DNA from: Maridesulfovibrio sp.
GTDB taxonomy: Bacteria > Desulfobacterota > Desulfovibrionia > Desulfovibrionales > Desulfovibrionaceae
Assembly: GCF_963677005.1 (NCBI RefSeq)
Contig: NZ_OY781616.1
Location: forward strand, 2,040,766 to 2,104,765
Reading direction: 5' to 3'
DNA: 64,000 nucleotides
Shown: positions 45,565-56,411 of the stretch, piece by piece
Layout: each line of letters starts with the position of its first letter
Position numbering within the stretch: position 1 is the first letter of the stretch
Position numbers and translations under genes: made by a program
Notes under the pieces: generated by a model
The model's database searches: none
The model's input: only the letters and a program-made list of their open reading frames with translations
Told to the model about the DNA's origin: nothing

Positions 45565-46531
45565 TCCACTTAATGCGACCTTCAATAGACGTTTATTCGT
45601 CAAGGCGATAAGTGCCACGGGATTCGGGGCGGCCCTTGCGGCCACCCCGGTCTCCGCGGCCATGCGCATAGCCGATATCTTACGCATCGGAGGCCGCAGC
45701 AGCGAGATCAGCCGGACCCGTTTCATAATGGGTACGGACGTCACCATATCAGCCGTACATGAATCGGCCGAGGAAGCCGCCAAGGGAATTCAGGCCGCCT
45801 TTGACGAAATGGAAAGGCTGGCCGCTCTGTTTGACCGTCGCAATACCGATTCCGAGATATCAAGGCTCAACAGGACCGGCAGGCTGGACAACCCCTCTCC
45901 GGAATTTGTCGAATTGATTGACCATGCCAGATCCCACTATCTGCGCTCCAACGGAGTATTTGATCCTACCGTCCCCGCAGAACAGGTGACACAGGAAACA
46001 CAACCCGACAGGTCTGCTCATTTTTCCGCAGCCATCAGGAAAAACGGAAATGAAATGCGACTTGAAAGCAAAGACGTGCAGATCAATCTGGACGGCATAG
46101 GAAGAGGATACATTGTTGACCGGGCATCGGAAATGCTGTCGTCCCTGGGCATTGAAAACCATCTGGTCAACGCAGGCAGCGACATCCGCGCAAAAGGCGA
46201 AAGGACTCCCGGACAGCCATGGATAGTTGCCATAACCGGACCGTGGAAAAAGGAATATTTTCAGGCTGTCATAACGCTCAAGGACGCGGCTGTATCCACT
46301 TCGGGAGGGAAAACCTTCGTAAACGAAAAATCCGCTCAGCCCTGGGCAAGCGTATCTGTAACCGCCCCCACATCAGCCGAAGCGGACGCGCTTTCGACCG
46401 CAGCTTTCCTAATGGATACCCGCAAGGCGGAACTTTTCATCAACGGCCAGAAAAACTGCGGCGGCCTCATGCTAGCGCAGGACGGCAAAAAAACATTTTC
46501 GCGCAGCTGGCAGAAGCTGGTAGGCATTTAG
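45557..46531 (+). CDS. apbE: ApbE-type FAD:protein FMN transferase with a Tat-like signal
   Basis: The ATG at 45557 overlaps the rnfB stop. The signal segment is RRLFVKAISATGFGAALAATPVSA. ApbE segments are present: FDPTV, LDGIGRGYIVD, VNAGSD, VSTSGG and AEADALSTAAF. Confidence 0.85.
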   Translation: MINPLNATFNRRLFVKAISATGFGAALAATPVSAAMRIADILRIGGRSSEISRTRFIMGTDVTISAVHESAEEAAKGIQAAFDEMERLAALFDRRNTDSEISRLNRTGRLDNPSPEFVELIDHARSHYLRSNGVFDPTVPAEQVTQETQPDRSAHFSAAIRKNGNEMRLESKDVQINLDGIGRGYIVDRASEMLSSLGIENHLVNAGSDIRAKGERTPGQPWIVAITGPWKKEYFQAVITLKDAAVSTSGGKTFVNEKSAQPWASVSVTAPTSAEADALSTAAFLMDTRKAELFINGQKNCGGLMLAQDGKKTFSRSWQKLVGI

Positions 46532-46749
46532 TCCCGCCGAGTTGTGTCAGTAAAATTTCATAATAACAAGTTGTTCCAAACCGCAGAAGCTGCCGTGAAA
46601 AACCTCCTATCCCAAATAACGGCACACACCTGTTAAACCGGGCCCCTGTACCGCCCGGTTTAGGGCATCAACAGGCACTGCGGTTCTGGAGTCAACATAC
46701 ATACGGGAAAACCAACCTCACTCCCATGAAAGCTAAGCGGCCAGGAAGC

Positions 46750-48435
46750 TCACTCTTCCTGGCCGCTTACGTTTTCACTGTCGCTGCACAGAACCAGTTT
46801 TTCGGCTTCATTTCCGGGCATCGGCCGGCCCAGATAAAATCCCTGTACCGTGTCGCAGCCCAGCTCGCGAAGTATGGCAAGCTGGTTTCCGGTTTCCACT
46901 CCTTCCGCAACCGCTTTCATTCCCAATCCGTGGGCCAGCGATATTATGGAGTCCACAAGCTGCTTTCCATCGCCGCCGGATTCCAGTCCGTCAATAAAAC
47001 TCTTGTCGATCTTCAGGCTTCTTGCCGGGAAAGTACTCAGATATGCCAGCGAAGAATAGCCGGTACCGAAATCATCTATGGAACAATGCACCCCAAGAGC
47101 CAGAAGAGACCTGAGCTTGGCTGCGGCCAACCCCGGATCAGCCACAAAAGCGGACTCCGTCAGCTCTATGTATAGACTTCCCGGAGGTATCCCGTTTCTC
47201 TCTATGGTCTCGGAGACATACTTCACAAGCGCCGGTTCCGTAATGTTCTTCGCGCTCATGTTGACGGAAAGATGCAGTCCCCGACAAACTCCGCTTACAC
47301 TCATGCACGCGGACCACATGGAGCAGGCCTTTTCCATTACATGACGATCCAGTCTGACGATAAGTCCGGTCTCTTCCGCCATGGGAATGAATTCCGCAGG
47401 ACTGACCAATCCTCTCTCAGGATGGTGCCAACGCACCAGAGCCTCGAATCCGATGAGGAAAATCCCGCCCTGTATATCATACTGCGGCTGATACACCACC
47501 TCGAACTGATCATGCTGCAAAGCCGCGTTGAAGTCGCTTTCAAACTGAATGATATCCAAAGAGGACGCATACATGGACCTGGTGAACACCGAAAGGATAT
47601 TCTTACCGCGCTGTTTCGATCTGCGCATGGCTATATTGGCGCGGTTGATGATTTCATCCGGCCCCAGTTCCTCATCATTTCCCCGGTGAATGTACATGCC
47701 GTAACTGACATCCAGCTTGAACTCGACACCGCCTATTTCATAAGGTCTGCTTAATTTTTCCCTGATTTCAGTCAGCCTTGCCAGACTCCGGCATGAATCA
47801 ATATCCCGAAGCAGGATTACGAAATCATCACCGCCGATCCTGCAGACAACGGAATTCCTGCCTGCCGCCTCGGAGAGTCTGGACGATATATCCACGAGCA
47901 CATTGTCCCCGGTATAGTGGCCGAAGCTGTCATTGACCCGTTTGAAATTAAGCATATCCAGAAAAACAACGCTGTAGCGCCGGGAAGGATCTTCCTTGCA
48001 GCAGTCCATGGCCGACTGTATCTGTTCAGTCAGCATTCGCCGGTTGGGAAGGCCGGTCATGTAATCACGGTATGCCATACGTTTGAGGGCTTCGCGTGAT
48101 TTCAAAAGATTCCCGAAGACACGGACAGTGAGATAGGCGGTGGCAAAGACGAAAATACTGCCAAGGCAGAGTATGGGCCCGAAAATTGAATTGAAATCAA
48201 AACGGTAGTGGAAAGTCTCACCCATCAGGACTATCGAATACCCGGCCACGAAGGAGGCGATCAGCCCGATGAGAAGGAAAAAACTCTTACGTACCCGGCG
48301 GTACAGTAAAGGCTCTTTTGTGCGCAGCATGCCGATCTGGCGGATATAAACCCATATTCCGCTCAAAAGCAGGATCAGTCCGCTGGAAAGGCAGGCAAAA
48401 AAAATCGCATGGTCAGGTTCATTCAAATTATGCAT
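46750..48435 (-). CDS. Membrane-bound GGDEF-EAL protein (c-di-GMP turnover)
   Basis: There are about four N-terminal TM segments. The GGDEF motif is [10 protein letters not shown]. The EAL domain has FEALVRW and [10 protein letters not shown]. Confidence 0.9.
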   Translation of the reverse strand: MHNLNEPDHAIFFACLSSGLILLLSGIWVYIRQIGMLRTKEPLLYRRVRKSFFLLIGLIASFVAGYSIVLMGETFHYRFDFNSIFGPILCLGSIFVFATAYLTVRVFGNLLKSREALKRMAYRDYMTGLPNRRMLTEQIQSAMDCCKEDPSRRYSVVFLDMLNFKRVNDSFGHYTGDNVLVDISSRLSEAAGRNSVVCRIGGDDFVILLRDIDSCRSLARLTEIREKLSRPYEIGGVEFKLDVSYGMYIHRGNDEELGPDEIINRANIAMRRSKQRGKNILSVFTRSMYASSLDIIQFESDFNAALQHDQFEVVYQPQYDIQGGIFLIGFEALVRWHHPERGLVSPAEFIPMAEETGLIVRLDRHVMEKACSMWSACMSVSGVCRGLHLSVNMSAKNITEPALVKYVSETIERNGIPPGSLYIELTESAFVADPGLAAAKLRSLLALGVHCSIDDFGTGYSSLAYLSTFPARSLKIDKSFIDGLESGGDGKQLVDSIISLAHGLGMKAVAEGVETGNQLAILRELGCDTVQGFYLGRPMPGNEAEKLVLCSDSENVSGQEE

Positions 48436-48490
48436 ACGGTATTATTAAACTCAATACAAAATGCTGTAAACAATTCAAAGGAAGGCGGAA

Positions 48491-49084
48491 TCATTTCAGT
48501 TTTCCAAGTTCCCGAACAAGTACCCCGAGATCAGGACGGCTGTTGATGTCATGTACATCCACATAACGCACAATCCCCTGTTTATCTATTATGAATACGG
48601 CCCGCTCGGCGATTCCTCCAGCCCGCAGCACGCCGTATTTCGCAGCGGTCTTCCCATGCGGCCAGAAATCCGAAAGGACCGGAAACCAGACTCCGTTATC
48701 ACCCATCTGTCTGGTCCAGGCATAAAGCGAAGGGACATTATCGGCAGTGATGCCCAGCAGCACGGCGTCATTCTTCTCAAAAAGTTCCCGTGCAATGTTG
48801 TATCCCGGCCACTGGCCGGAACAAACCGGAGTGAACGCCGCAGGGACAAAAGAAATAACCACATTCCTGCGCCCTCTGAAGGACGAAAGTCTGATTTTGT
48901 CCCCATTGATTGACGGGAGCGTGAAATCAGGAGCCATATCGCCAACGCGGACCTTCAAGGAACTGTCCACGGGCTTGAGTTTTCCGGGATCAAAAATCTG
49001 CTCCGCTGAAACATCCGCCTGTGCAACAGCAGACAGGAGAATTGAAAGAGCCGCGAACATACATATTATCCATTTTTTTTTCAT
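48491..49084 (-). CDS. Secreted peroxiredoxin (AhpC/TSA-Bcp type)
   Basis: The signal peptide is MKKKWIICMFAALSILLSAVAQA. The Prx active site is PAAFTPVC. Confidence 0.85.
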   Translation of the reverse strand: MKKKWIICMFAALSILLSAVAQADVSAEQIFDPGKLKPVDSSLKVRVGDMAPDFTLPSINGDKIRLSSFRGRRNVVISFVPAAFTPVCSGQWPGYNIARELFEKNDAVLLGITADNVPSLYAWTRQMGDNGVWFPVLSDFWPHGKTAAKYGVLRAGGIAERAVFIIDKQGIVRYVDVHDINSRPDLGVLVRELGKLK

Positions 49085-49632
49085 TTCCCGATGACCTTCT
49101 TCAACTTATCAAGAAAAGTTTCCATACCGCCCATACGCCCTTCATGAGAAAATACGGTTCGCAACTCTGCCCCATCTTTTTCAACCAGATAGAAGCACGG
49201 CGTTCCCGGACCGCCAACATCGGCATGTATCTTCAACTCCGGGTCGGGGAACAGAGGAAACTGCACCGCATACTTATCCCGGAAAAAATCAGTTTCGAAC
49301 TGCGAATTTCCTACTCCGACACCGATCATGACAATTTTACCGGATTTTCCGGCCTTAAGAAGCTTTGTGTAAAGAAGGTTAGTCTCCGGCGCTTCCTTCT
49401 GACAATGCGGACAATACATGCTGAAAATCTCAACCAGCACATAACCTGCGTCAATGTCCGAAATTTTCCAGGGCCCGTCACCCTTCAGGCCGAGATACCT
49501 GCGCTGACCGTCTGTCAAATCACCATTGAGTTCCGCATCGGGAAAATTTGCCCCCGGATCAAGATGTCCGGCATAGGCCGCACCGGCCATGGCAAGAAGT
49601 AACAATATCAAAAATTTTATTCGTAGCAGCAT
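49081..49632 (-). CDS. Secreted thioredoxin-fold protein (TlpA/ResA-like, CPHC)
   Basis: The signal peptide is LLRIKFLILLLLAMAGAAYA and the redox motif is YCPHCQ. There is a 4-nt ATGA overlap with the peroxiredoxin gene. Confidence 0.75.
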   Translation of the reverse strand: MLLRIKFLILLLLAMAGAAYAGHLDPGANFPDAELNGDLTDGQRRYLGLKGDGPWKISDIDAGYVLVEIFSMYCPHCQKEAPETNLLYTKLLKAGKSGKIVMIGVGVGNSQFETDFFRDKYAVQFPLFPDPELKIHADVGGPGTPCFYLVEKDGAELRTVFSHEGRMGGMETFLDKLKKVIGK

Positions 49633-49964
49633 GATTAGATTCCTCTTTTGTTTTCATGAAACTGTATGTCCTGCGACACGGATGTCCAGCCATAATTCTT
49701 TGCCCATACTTTGACACAGATTAATGTCTGCTCAGAAGCCTTTAAAACATAATACAATCGGCAGCCAATGCTTGTGGATAAATTAAATCAATTACGATCT
49801 GTGTTGAATGCGCGCTGTTCTCATGCTATTATAGTAACACTCAAAAACGGTTTAGGCCGTTAATTCATCATGGAGGATTTGGTCCAGCTAAGGCATAATT
49901 CATTATAATTATTGCTTTCACCGCATTCCGGTTTTTAATTTTGTAACAGGGGAGCTTTACCGCT

Positions 49965-52646
49965 ATGAAATTCAGGATATTTCATGGTTCAGTAAGAAAG
50001 AAACTGGTCTTTCTGGTACTGCTGGCAACTCTCCCCGCGTTCATGCTCAATTTCGGCACGGAATGGGAAAAGCGCCAAAAAACACTTGATACTCTCAAAC
50101 TTGATACAACAATTTATTTGAACAGCTTCAGTCATGTCCAGCAGAGAATCACCGATTCCACCAAAACGCTGCTCCAGACAGTAGCAGCCATGCCTGCAGT
50201 AAAAAAAATGGAACGGGATACAATCCATGAAATCCTGACAACCATTCTGCAGGAAAATCCGATGTTCACAAACGTCATCCTGGTAGATACCAAGGGAGAT
50301 GTAGTAACAGCGGGCAGGGACACCGACGAGGCCAGACAGTTTAATTTTTCAGACCGCAAACAGTTCAGGGAAGCACTGCAGACAGGCTCATTTTCTGCAG
50401 GACAGTTCATGGTGGGAAAACAGACCAGAATGTCCATTTTTCCATTTGCCATGCCTATCACAACATATGAAGGCACCTATGCAGGAGTCATGCTTATAGG
50501 TGTAAGTCTTGATGACTACAGCAGACTTTTCGATGAATGCTCTTTCCAGTCAGGACTTTTCTTCGGGGCCTGTGATGCATATGGAATAAGAATTTTCAGG
50601 CACCCCATGCCGAAAGGCCTTTCCATAGGACAACCCATTCAAAAAACAATTTTCGATCAGGCCCGGGCGGCGAAGGGCAGTTCTACCATGGAACTGAAAG
50701 ATTCGTCCGGAGTGGACAGGATAATCGCTTCGACCCCGTTACGGCTGACACCTGACAGCGAGCCGTACATGTACATGTTCATGGGACGGGATTCTTCTGC
50801 TGCGCTGAGCAATACCGACTCAGTGCTGATACGCGGGCTGCTCACAACTTTTGCATCTCTCACACTGGCACTGCTGATAGCATGGTTTGTAGGAGGGCGG
50901 GGAATTGCCGGAAATCTGGAACGAATGGCTGTTATAGCCCATAATCTAGGCAGCGATAAACCTATCCCCCCAAGCAATATAGATTATGACGACGGTGAAA
51001 TAGGATACCTTGCCCGAACATGGGACAATATGATCGCCATGCTCAATAAAAGGGAAAAAGAAAAAAACGAAGCCCTTGCCCAACTCTCCGAAAGCGAAGA
51101 AAGGCACAGAATCATACTTGAGCACAATCCCGGAGGGATAGCGCTCATAAATCCAGACACACTGGAAATACTGTTCGCCAATCCGGCTTTTATGACTCTT
51201 TTCGAGATAGCGACAACCTCTCTGTCCACAGTAACGCTATGCGATCTGCACCCGAGTAAAGACTGTCCACGAGTACGCGAAGAGTTGAACAGGCACCTGC
51301 GTTCCGGGGGCGGAACAACGCAGGAAATGGCATTCAGGACCTTGAACGGAAAAATTGTGCTGACGGATTTCAGTACCGCAGTGCTCACACTCATCGGCAA
51401 AACATATCTGGCCGGATTTTTCACCGACATAACGGAACGCAAAAATTCCGAACACGAACTGCTGACGGCAAAGGAAATGGCGGAGCGGGCCAATGTGGTC
51501 AAGGATGATTTTCTGGCCAATATAAGCCACGAACTGCGGACTCCCCTGAACGGAGTAATGGGCATGCTGCAACTGCTGGAACTTTCCGACCTGAGTGAAG
51601 GCCAGGCCGGCTATGTGGATATCGCCCTTAAGTCGTCAAACAGCCTGCGCAGAGTTATTGACGATCTGCTCGATTTTACCAAGATAGAAGCCGGCATGCT
51701 TGATATCCGGGAGGAACCTTTCGACCTTGAAAACCTCCTGCGCCAATGCGTGGATCTCCTTCGTGTTCAGGCAGATGAAAAAGGATTGCAGCTTACATGG
51801 AATGTGCATCCGGGTACGAATAAAAAATTTCTCGGCGATACCGGCAGGCTGCGGCAGATTCTCTTTAACCTGCTCGGCAATGCCATAAAATTCACTGAAA
51901 CGGGCTTGATTTCAATTGAATCGTTTACACTCCCATCTCCTGAAGAATCACGTGAAAGGCTGTTCCTTTCCGTAACGGATACAGGGGTAGGTATCCCCGA
52001 CGACAGAATAAAAGACATTTTCGAGTCCTTCACACAGGTGGACGGGTCCAGAACGCGCAAATATCAGGGAGTCGGTCTCGGGCTATCCATAGTCAAAAGA
52101 CTGGTGTCCCTGATGAACGGGAGTATGACAATTGAAAGTGAACCGGGCATGGGAACCAGAGTACAGTTCTGCGTATCCGTGGGTAGCTGTATACAGGTTG
52201 AAGACACAGATGAAGAAGAGCCCTTGTCCGGCCATTTAGACAGAAAGCTGAAACTGCTGCTGGTGGAAGATGAGAAGGTAAACATGTTCATGGCCAAACA
52301 TATTCTGGAAAAAATGGGTCATGATGTAGACTGCGCTGAAAACGGCAGACAGTGTCTGGCCCAGATCGCCAGACAGCCGTATGATGCCGTGCTTATGGAT
52401 ATCCAGATGCCGGAAATGACCGGCATAGAAGCCACCAGACGCATACGTTTCGCTTCGGAATTTGAAAGCGTTTCCTCCATCCCTATCATAGCATTATCCG
52501 CTCATGCGACCAGTTCGGATGTTGAGGCTGCAATGCGAGCCGGGGTAAATGAATATATTACCAAACCCTTCGAACGCGCACGGCTGGAAGAAGCCCTTCA
52601 GAAAATTGGAAGCAACCTCAACTTTTCCAGAACCGACAACGGATAA
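49965..52646 (+). CDS. Hybrid sensor histidine kinase (periplasmic Cache-like domain, HAMP, PAS, HisKA-HATPase, REC)
   Basis: Two TM segments flank a periplasmic domain of about 270 aa. The H-box is FLANISHELRTPLNGVMGML, the G-boxes are DTGVGIP and GVGLGLSIV, and the receiver has LMDIQMPEMTG. Confidence 0.9.
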   Translation: MKFRIFHGSVRKKLVFLVLLATLPAFMLNFGTEWEKRQKTLDTLKLDTTIYLNSFSHVQQRITDSTKTLLQTVAAMPAVKKMERDTIHEILTTILQENPMFTNVILVDTKGDVVTAGRDTDEARQFNFSDRKQFREALQTGSFSAGQFMVGKQTRMSIFPFAMPITTYEGTYAGVMLIGVSLDDYSRLFDECSFQSGLFFGACDAYGIRIFRHPMPKGLSIGQPIQKTIFDQARAAKGSSTMELKDSSGVDRIIASTPLRLTPDSEPYMYMFMGRDSSAALSNTDSVLIRGLLTTFASLTLALLIAWFVGGRGIAGNLERMAVIAHNLGSDKPIPPSNIDYDDGEIGYLARTWDNMIAMLNKREKEKNEALAQLSESEERHRIILEHNPGGIALINPDTLEILFANPAFMTLFEIATTSLSTVTLCDLHPSKDCPRVREELNRHLRSGGGTTQEMAFRTLNGKIVLTDFSTAVLTLIGKTYLAGFFTDITERKNSEHELLTAKEMAERANVVKDDFLANISHELRTPLNGVMGMLQLLELSDLSEGQAGYVDIALKSSNSLRRVIDDLLDFTKIEAGMLDIREEPFDLENLLRQCVDLLRVQADEKGLQLTWNVHPGTNKKFLGDTGRLRQILFNLLGNAIKFTETGLISIESFTLPSPEESRERLFLSVTDTGVGIPDDRIKDIFESFTQVDGSRTRKYQGVGLGLSIVKRLVSLMNGSMTIESEPGMGTRVQFCVSVGSCIQVEDTDEEEPLSGHLDRKLKLLLVEDEKVNMFMAKHILEKMGHDVDCAENGRQCLAQIARQPYDAVLMDIQMPEMTGIEATRRIRFASEFESVSSIPIIALSAHATSSDVEAAMRAGVNEYITKPFERARLEEALQKIGSNLNFSRTDNG

Positions 52647-52872
52647 GCCCGGGTTGGTTATAAAGTTGTAAAGACCTGCAATGCAACTGGCAGACCGAAA
52701 TTAAAAAGCTGGCATTCTAATTTTTTCAGTGTTAGTAATGCTTATCATTAGTAACAAGAAGATGCTTATTTTGCCCGTGACCAGAACAGCGCAGTCATGT
52801 TATCAATAGCATACTCTGTAAGATTTCTGCACGTATACAATACCATACCCAACCAAACTCAATGGAAATTTT

Positions 52873-54603
52873 ATGAATATTTCAGACCGTCTCAAATTTT
52901 CCGTAGTCCTGCTCGGACTCATCCCTGTTATATTGGCCCTGGTTCTGTGGCTGCTCTGCCCTGAAATCATAACAGGCACCGCGGCAACCGTACTTGTCAG
53001 CGGAACCATCCTGAGCGTTGCGGTCTCCACGCTGGTATACATCAGCATCCGCCGGGACCTGCGCAAACCCCTGAGACAGCTTCATAATTATGCAGTAGAA
53101 ATCGCGAAGGGTCAGAAGCTCAGCGACTGCGAAGGAGTTTTCAAATACGAACTTCTCGATCTTAAAGAAGCTATCTGCTCAATGATCAACGGTCTTGAAG
53201 AGGCCGGTAAAAAGGCCACGGAATTACGCCGTGCAGCCCAGCAGAAAGCGGAAGAAAGCGAACAGGCTCTGGCGCTTAGCAAAGAGAAGGAAGAAGAAAC
53301 AACCAGACTGCTGGACTCCATGCGCAAAGTAGCAGACAAAGCCAAAAGTTCATCCGTAACTATATTCTCCAACATCAATGAACTGATAGAACGCATTGAA
53401 GCCGTGGGCGAGGGTGTTCAGATTCAGCGTGACCGTATGACCGAAACAGCCACGGCAATGGAAGAAATGAACTCCACGGTCTTTGAGGTTGCCAAAAACG
53501 CATCACTTGCGGCTGGAAACGCCGAAGAATCCAGAGCCAATGCCGCAACCGGCGCGGAAGGAGTCGACTCCGCAGTTACCGCCATACGCAAAGTTGAGCA
53601 GGAGGTCCTTTCTCTCAAGGAAACAATGGCCCAGCTCGGTCGCGGCGCTGAAAGCATCGGACAGGTAATAAACGTCATCAACGATATTGCCGACCAGACC
53701 AACCTGCTTGCCCTCAACGCCGCCATTGAAGCGGCCAGAGCAGGGGAAGCCGGACGCGGATTCGCCGTAGTTGCGGACGAAGTGCGTAAACTGGCCGAAA
53801 AAACCATGGTCGCCACAAAAGAGGTCGGAGACGCCATAACCGACATCCAGCAGCACGCACAGACCAACGTTGTCTCGGTTGAACGGGCCGCAGCGGATAT
53901 TGTATCCGGAGCGGAGATCGCCGCTGAATCAGGACGGCATATGGAGGTCATCGTAAATATCATCGAATCCACTTCGGTACAGGTGGACTCGATAGCTACT
54001 GCGTCCGAAGAACAGTCCGCCACCAGTGAAGAGATCAACAGCGCTGTCTCGGAAGTAACAAGGGTGGCTCAGGAAACAGCGGACGGAATGGACGAAGCCA
54101 GAGAAGTGCTCATAGCCGTTTCCGGGCTGGTTCAGGAACTGGATACCCTCATCCACGGAATGGCAACAGGCGAGCTTGAATCCGCAACAGGAAGTGAGCT
54201 AATTACCTGGAGCGACTCCGCCTATTCTGTTGGAATCAGGGCCATAGACATACAGCACAAAAAACTGGTGGATATGATCAACGGACTGCACAAGGCCATG
54301 CGTGACCGGGCTTCCGAACGGGTCATGAAAAAACTGGTCGAAGAATTGAAAAACTACACGGTTGAGCACTTCAATTGCGAAGAAAAACTTTTTGACAAGT
54401 ACGGTTACCCTGCAACCAAGGGCCACAAGAAACTCCACGAGAAATTTGTAAGCCAGGTACAGGACTTTGACGAAGAATTGAAAAGCGGCAAGGCCAAAGT
54501 GACCATGGAAGTCATGCAGTTTCTTACCGACTGGCTCATACAGCACATTCAGGGTGACGACAGAAAGTACACCGCGTTCCTCAACAGCCACGGAGTTAGA
54601 TAG
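52873..54603 (+). CDS. Methyl-accepting chemotaxis protein with a C-terminal hemerythrin domain (DcrH-like)
   Basis: Two adjacent TM segments have almost no periplasmic loop. A HAMP domain follows, then the MCP signalling core [33 protein letters not shown]. The C-terminal hemerythrin motifs are [25 protein letters not shown] and HIQGDDRKY. Confidence 0.9.
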   Translation: MNISDRLKFSVVLLGLIPVILALVLWLLCPEIITGTAATVLVSGTILSVAVSTLVYISIRRDLRKPLRQLHNYAVEIAKGQKLSDCEGVFKYELLDLKEAICSMINGLEEAGKKATELRRAAQQKAEESEQALALSKEKEEETTRLLDSMRKVADKAKSSSVTIFSNINELIERIEAVGEGVQIQRDRMTETATAMEEMNSTVFEVAKNASLAAGNAEESRANAATGAEGVDSAVTAIRKVEQEVLSLKETMAQLGRGAESIGQVINVINDIADQTNLLALNAAIEAARAGEAGRGFAVVADEVRKLAEKTMVATKEVGDAITDIQQHAQTNVVSVERAAADIVSGAEIAAESGRHMEVIVNIIESTSVQVDSIATASEEQSATSEEINSAVSEVTRVAQETADGMDEAREVLIAVSGLVQELDTLIHGMATGELESATGSELITWSDSAYSVGIRAIDIQHKKLVDMINGLHKAMRDRASERVMKKLVEELKNYTVEHFNCEEKLFDKYGYPATKGHKKLHEKFVSQVQDFDEELKSGKAKVTMEVMQFLTDWLIQHIQGDDRKYTAFLNSHGVR

Positions 54604-54817
54604 GAAGCTACAACTCAATCTTTTCAGATAATTACACAACATTACATCCGGCAACCCGGACAGGCGAAGACGTATCCGTCCGCCTCATGAATATGGGGAG
54701 GATGGAATAACGCCCTTATGCTGCCCGGATTGCCGGAATCGATATCCAATAGAACTGAACATTCTGCTTGTTTTTGAGAAGCTCTCCCCTGCGTAATCCG
54801 CACATATCCGGCAGTAC

Positions 54818-55483
54818 TCAGTTATCACCGATACGCAGGAATTCCCCCGGAGGGCCCAGACGGATGGAATATATAATGGCCAGACTTCTGATCACCAGAG
54901 TGATGAAGAATCCGCAGATGGATGGCATAGGTCCGGGAACGCCTGTAGACACAAGGAGAACGTAAGTGGCTGCTCCTGCGAGCACGGCCACAGCGTAAAG
55001 CTCTCCGCGCAGGATCATGGGACGGCGAGTGGTAAGCACGTCACGGATTACTCCGCCGCCGATGCAGGTTATCATGCCCATAAGCACGGCGATGACGGGA
55101 TGGGCTCCGGTTTGCAGAGCAATACTGCTGCCCACCACGCAAAAGGCGCTCACGCCGATGGCATCGGACCACACAAGTGCGACAGCGCCGCCCTTACGCG
55201 CCTGGCCGGGCCAGAAAAAGGTCAGGAGCGCGGCAAACACGCAGACCAGCATCTCGCTGGGGTCTTTGACCCACCACACAGTGCGCCCCAGAAGCAGGTC
55301 CCGGATAGTACCTCCGCCGATACCGGTGATAACACCGATAAAAACGTAGCCGACAATATCCAGCCGCTCGCGCCCGGCAGCAAGCGCTCCGCTGATTGCG
55401 AAAATTGCGTCACCCATATAATTGAAGACGTGAATCGCGGTATTGATGAAAGCGGAATTATCCCCTGTCATATGTCCTTCCAT
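54818..55483 (-). CDS. TRIC/UPF0126-family membrane protein (YadS/YicG-like)
   Basis: Two internal repeats each carry a GGGxIRD motif (GIGGGTIRDLL and CIGGGVIRDVL). The protein has seven TM segments. Confidence 0.8.
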   Translation of the reverse strand: MEGHMTGDNSAFINTAIHVFNYMGDAIFAISGALAAGRERLDIVGYVFIGVITGIGGGTIRDLLLGRTVWWVKDPSEMLVCVFAALLTFFWPGQARKGGAVALVWSDAIGVSAFCVVGSSIALQTGAHPVIAVLMGMITCIGGGVIRDVLTTRRPMILRGELYAVAVLAGAATYVLLVSTGVPGPMPSICGFFITLVIRSLAIIYSIRLGPPGEFLRIGDN

Positions 55484-55720
55484 GTTCAGTGTTGTTCCGA
55501 TAGCGATCTGTACCTGAAGGCTGAGGCTTAATCAATGCCCTGCACGGTTTCCGCAGATACATTTCGCTCAGCACCGGAGAGATATTTTTCAACATAATCG
55601 ACAGTTAGATTATATTACCACGCAAATAATCATACTACAATACTACACTGACCGTTATGCGTCTCCCAGGCTTCCCGGCAAAGCTGTTATGAAAACATTG
55701 CGGATTCCCTTCCGGCCAGC

Positions 55721-55736
55721 TTTTGTGTACACAAAA
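55721..55736. promoter_or_regulatory. Perfect 16-bp palindrome upstream of the LysE-family gene
   Basis: TTTTGTGTACACAAAA. It ends 20 nt upstream of the RBS-supported ATG at 55757. Confidence 0.35.
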
Positions 55737-55756
55737 TGACTGCCAAGGAGACTCTG

Positions 55757-56401
55757 ATGCTTGAATCCGTTCTGACTTTACTGACCGTCTGCTTTCTGGC
55801 CCGCATGAGTCCGGGACCGGATATGATGCTTCTCATTCACCACTCCGGGAGCGGGAATTCTACATCCGGCAGTTTTTTTTCAGGATCACGCAGTGCCTAC
55901 GGATGTGTACTTGGAGTATGCACAGGGCTGGCTTTCCATGTCAGTCTTTCCATTCTAGGTCTGGCTCTGCTCCTTAAAAGCAACCACCTGCTTTTCGAAG
56001 TCCTGCGGTATGCAGGAGCGATGTACCTGATTTATATCGGCTGCCGCTGCCTTATGGACAAAAGCACAACCGTTTTGACGGACGGGGAAGTATGTGCACC
56101 GGCGGCGACTTTCGGTCAGGGGTTCAGAGACGGACTGTTCTGCAACCTGCTGAATCCGAAAGTGACCCTTTTCATCCTCAGTGTATTCATGCAGCTTACC
56201 GGCCCTGATTCCGGGTTGACGGAAAAGATTGTATACGGTTCAGTCATAGTCGGGGAAGCGCTGGTAGGCTGGGTGTTGTTTCTGCTCTTCCTGAACACAC
56301 CTTTCATGAAAAGGATCTACGGCTGCCACGCGTCCGTCCTCAACAAAGCCACCGGGACGATCCTGCTGCTTCTGGGCGGAGCAATCTTCATTTACGGATA
56401 A
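55757..56401 (+). CDS. LysE/RhtB-family amino-acid exporter
   Basis: The ATG at 55757 is preceded by AAGGAG with a 6-nt spacer. The N-terminal motif is SPGPDM, and there are six TM segments. Confidence 0.8.
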   Translation: MLESVLTLLTVCFLARMSPGPDMMLLIHHSGSGNSTSGSFFSGSRSAYGCVLGVCTGLAFHVSLSILGLALLLKSNHLLFEVLRYAGAMYLIYIGCRCLMDKSTTVLTDGEVCAPAATFGQGFRDGLFCNLLNPKVTLFILSVFMQLTGPDSGLTEKIVYGSVIVGEALVGWVLFLLFLNTPFMKRIYGCHASVLNKATGTILLLLGGAIFIYG

Positions 56402-56411
56402 CGCCCGACTT

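Noticed and set aside
49894-49915. AT-rich quasi-palindrome CATAATTCATTATAATTATTGC resembling Fur/PerR-type boxes, between the Prx/Trx operon and the Cache kinase gene
   Set aside because: I cannot state the lineage-specific PerR or Fur consensus from memory. The site is about 260 nt from the peroxiredoxin operon start, and AT-rich promoter DNA easily mimics such boxes.
17066-55000. Idea that msrAB, phr, ogt, Prx/Trx and the hemerythrin MCP form a single oxidative/UV-stress island
   Set aside because: The genes are scattered among unrelated housekeeping and signalling genes. They lie on both strands in separate transcription units, with no shared motif, no compositional shift and no mobility genes.
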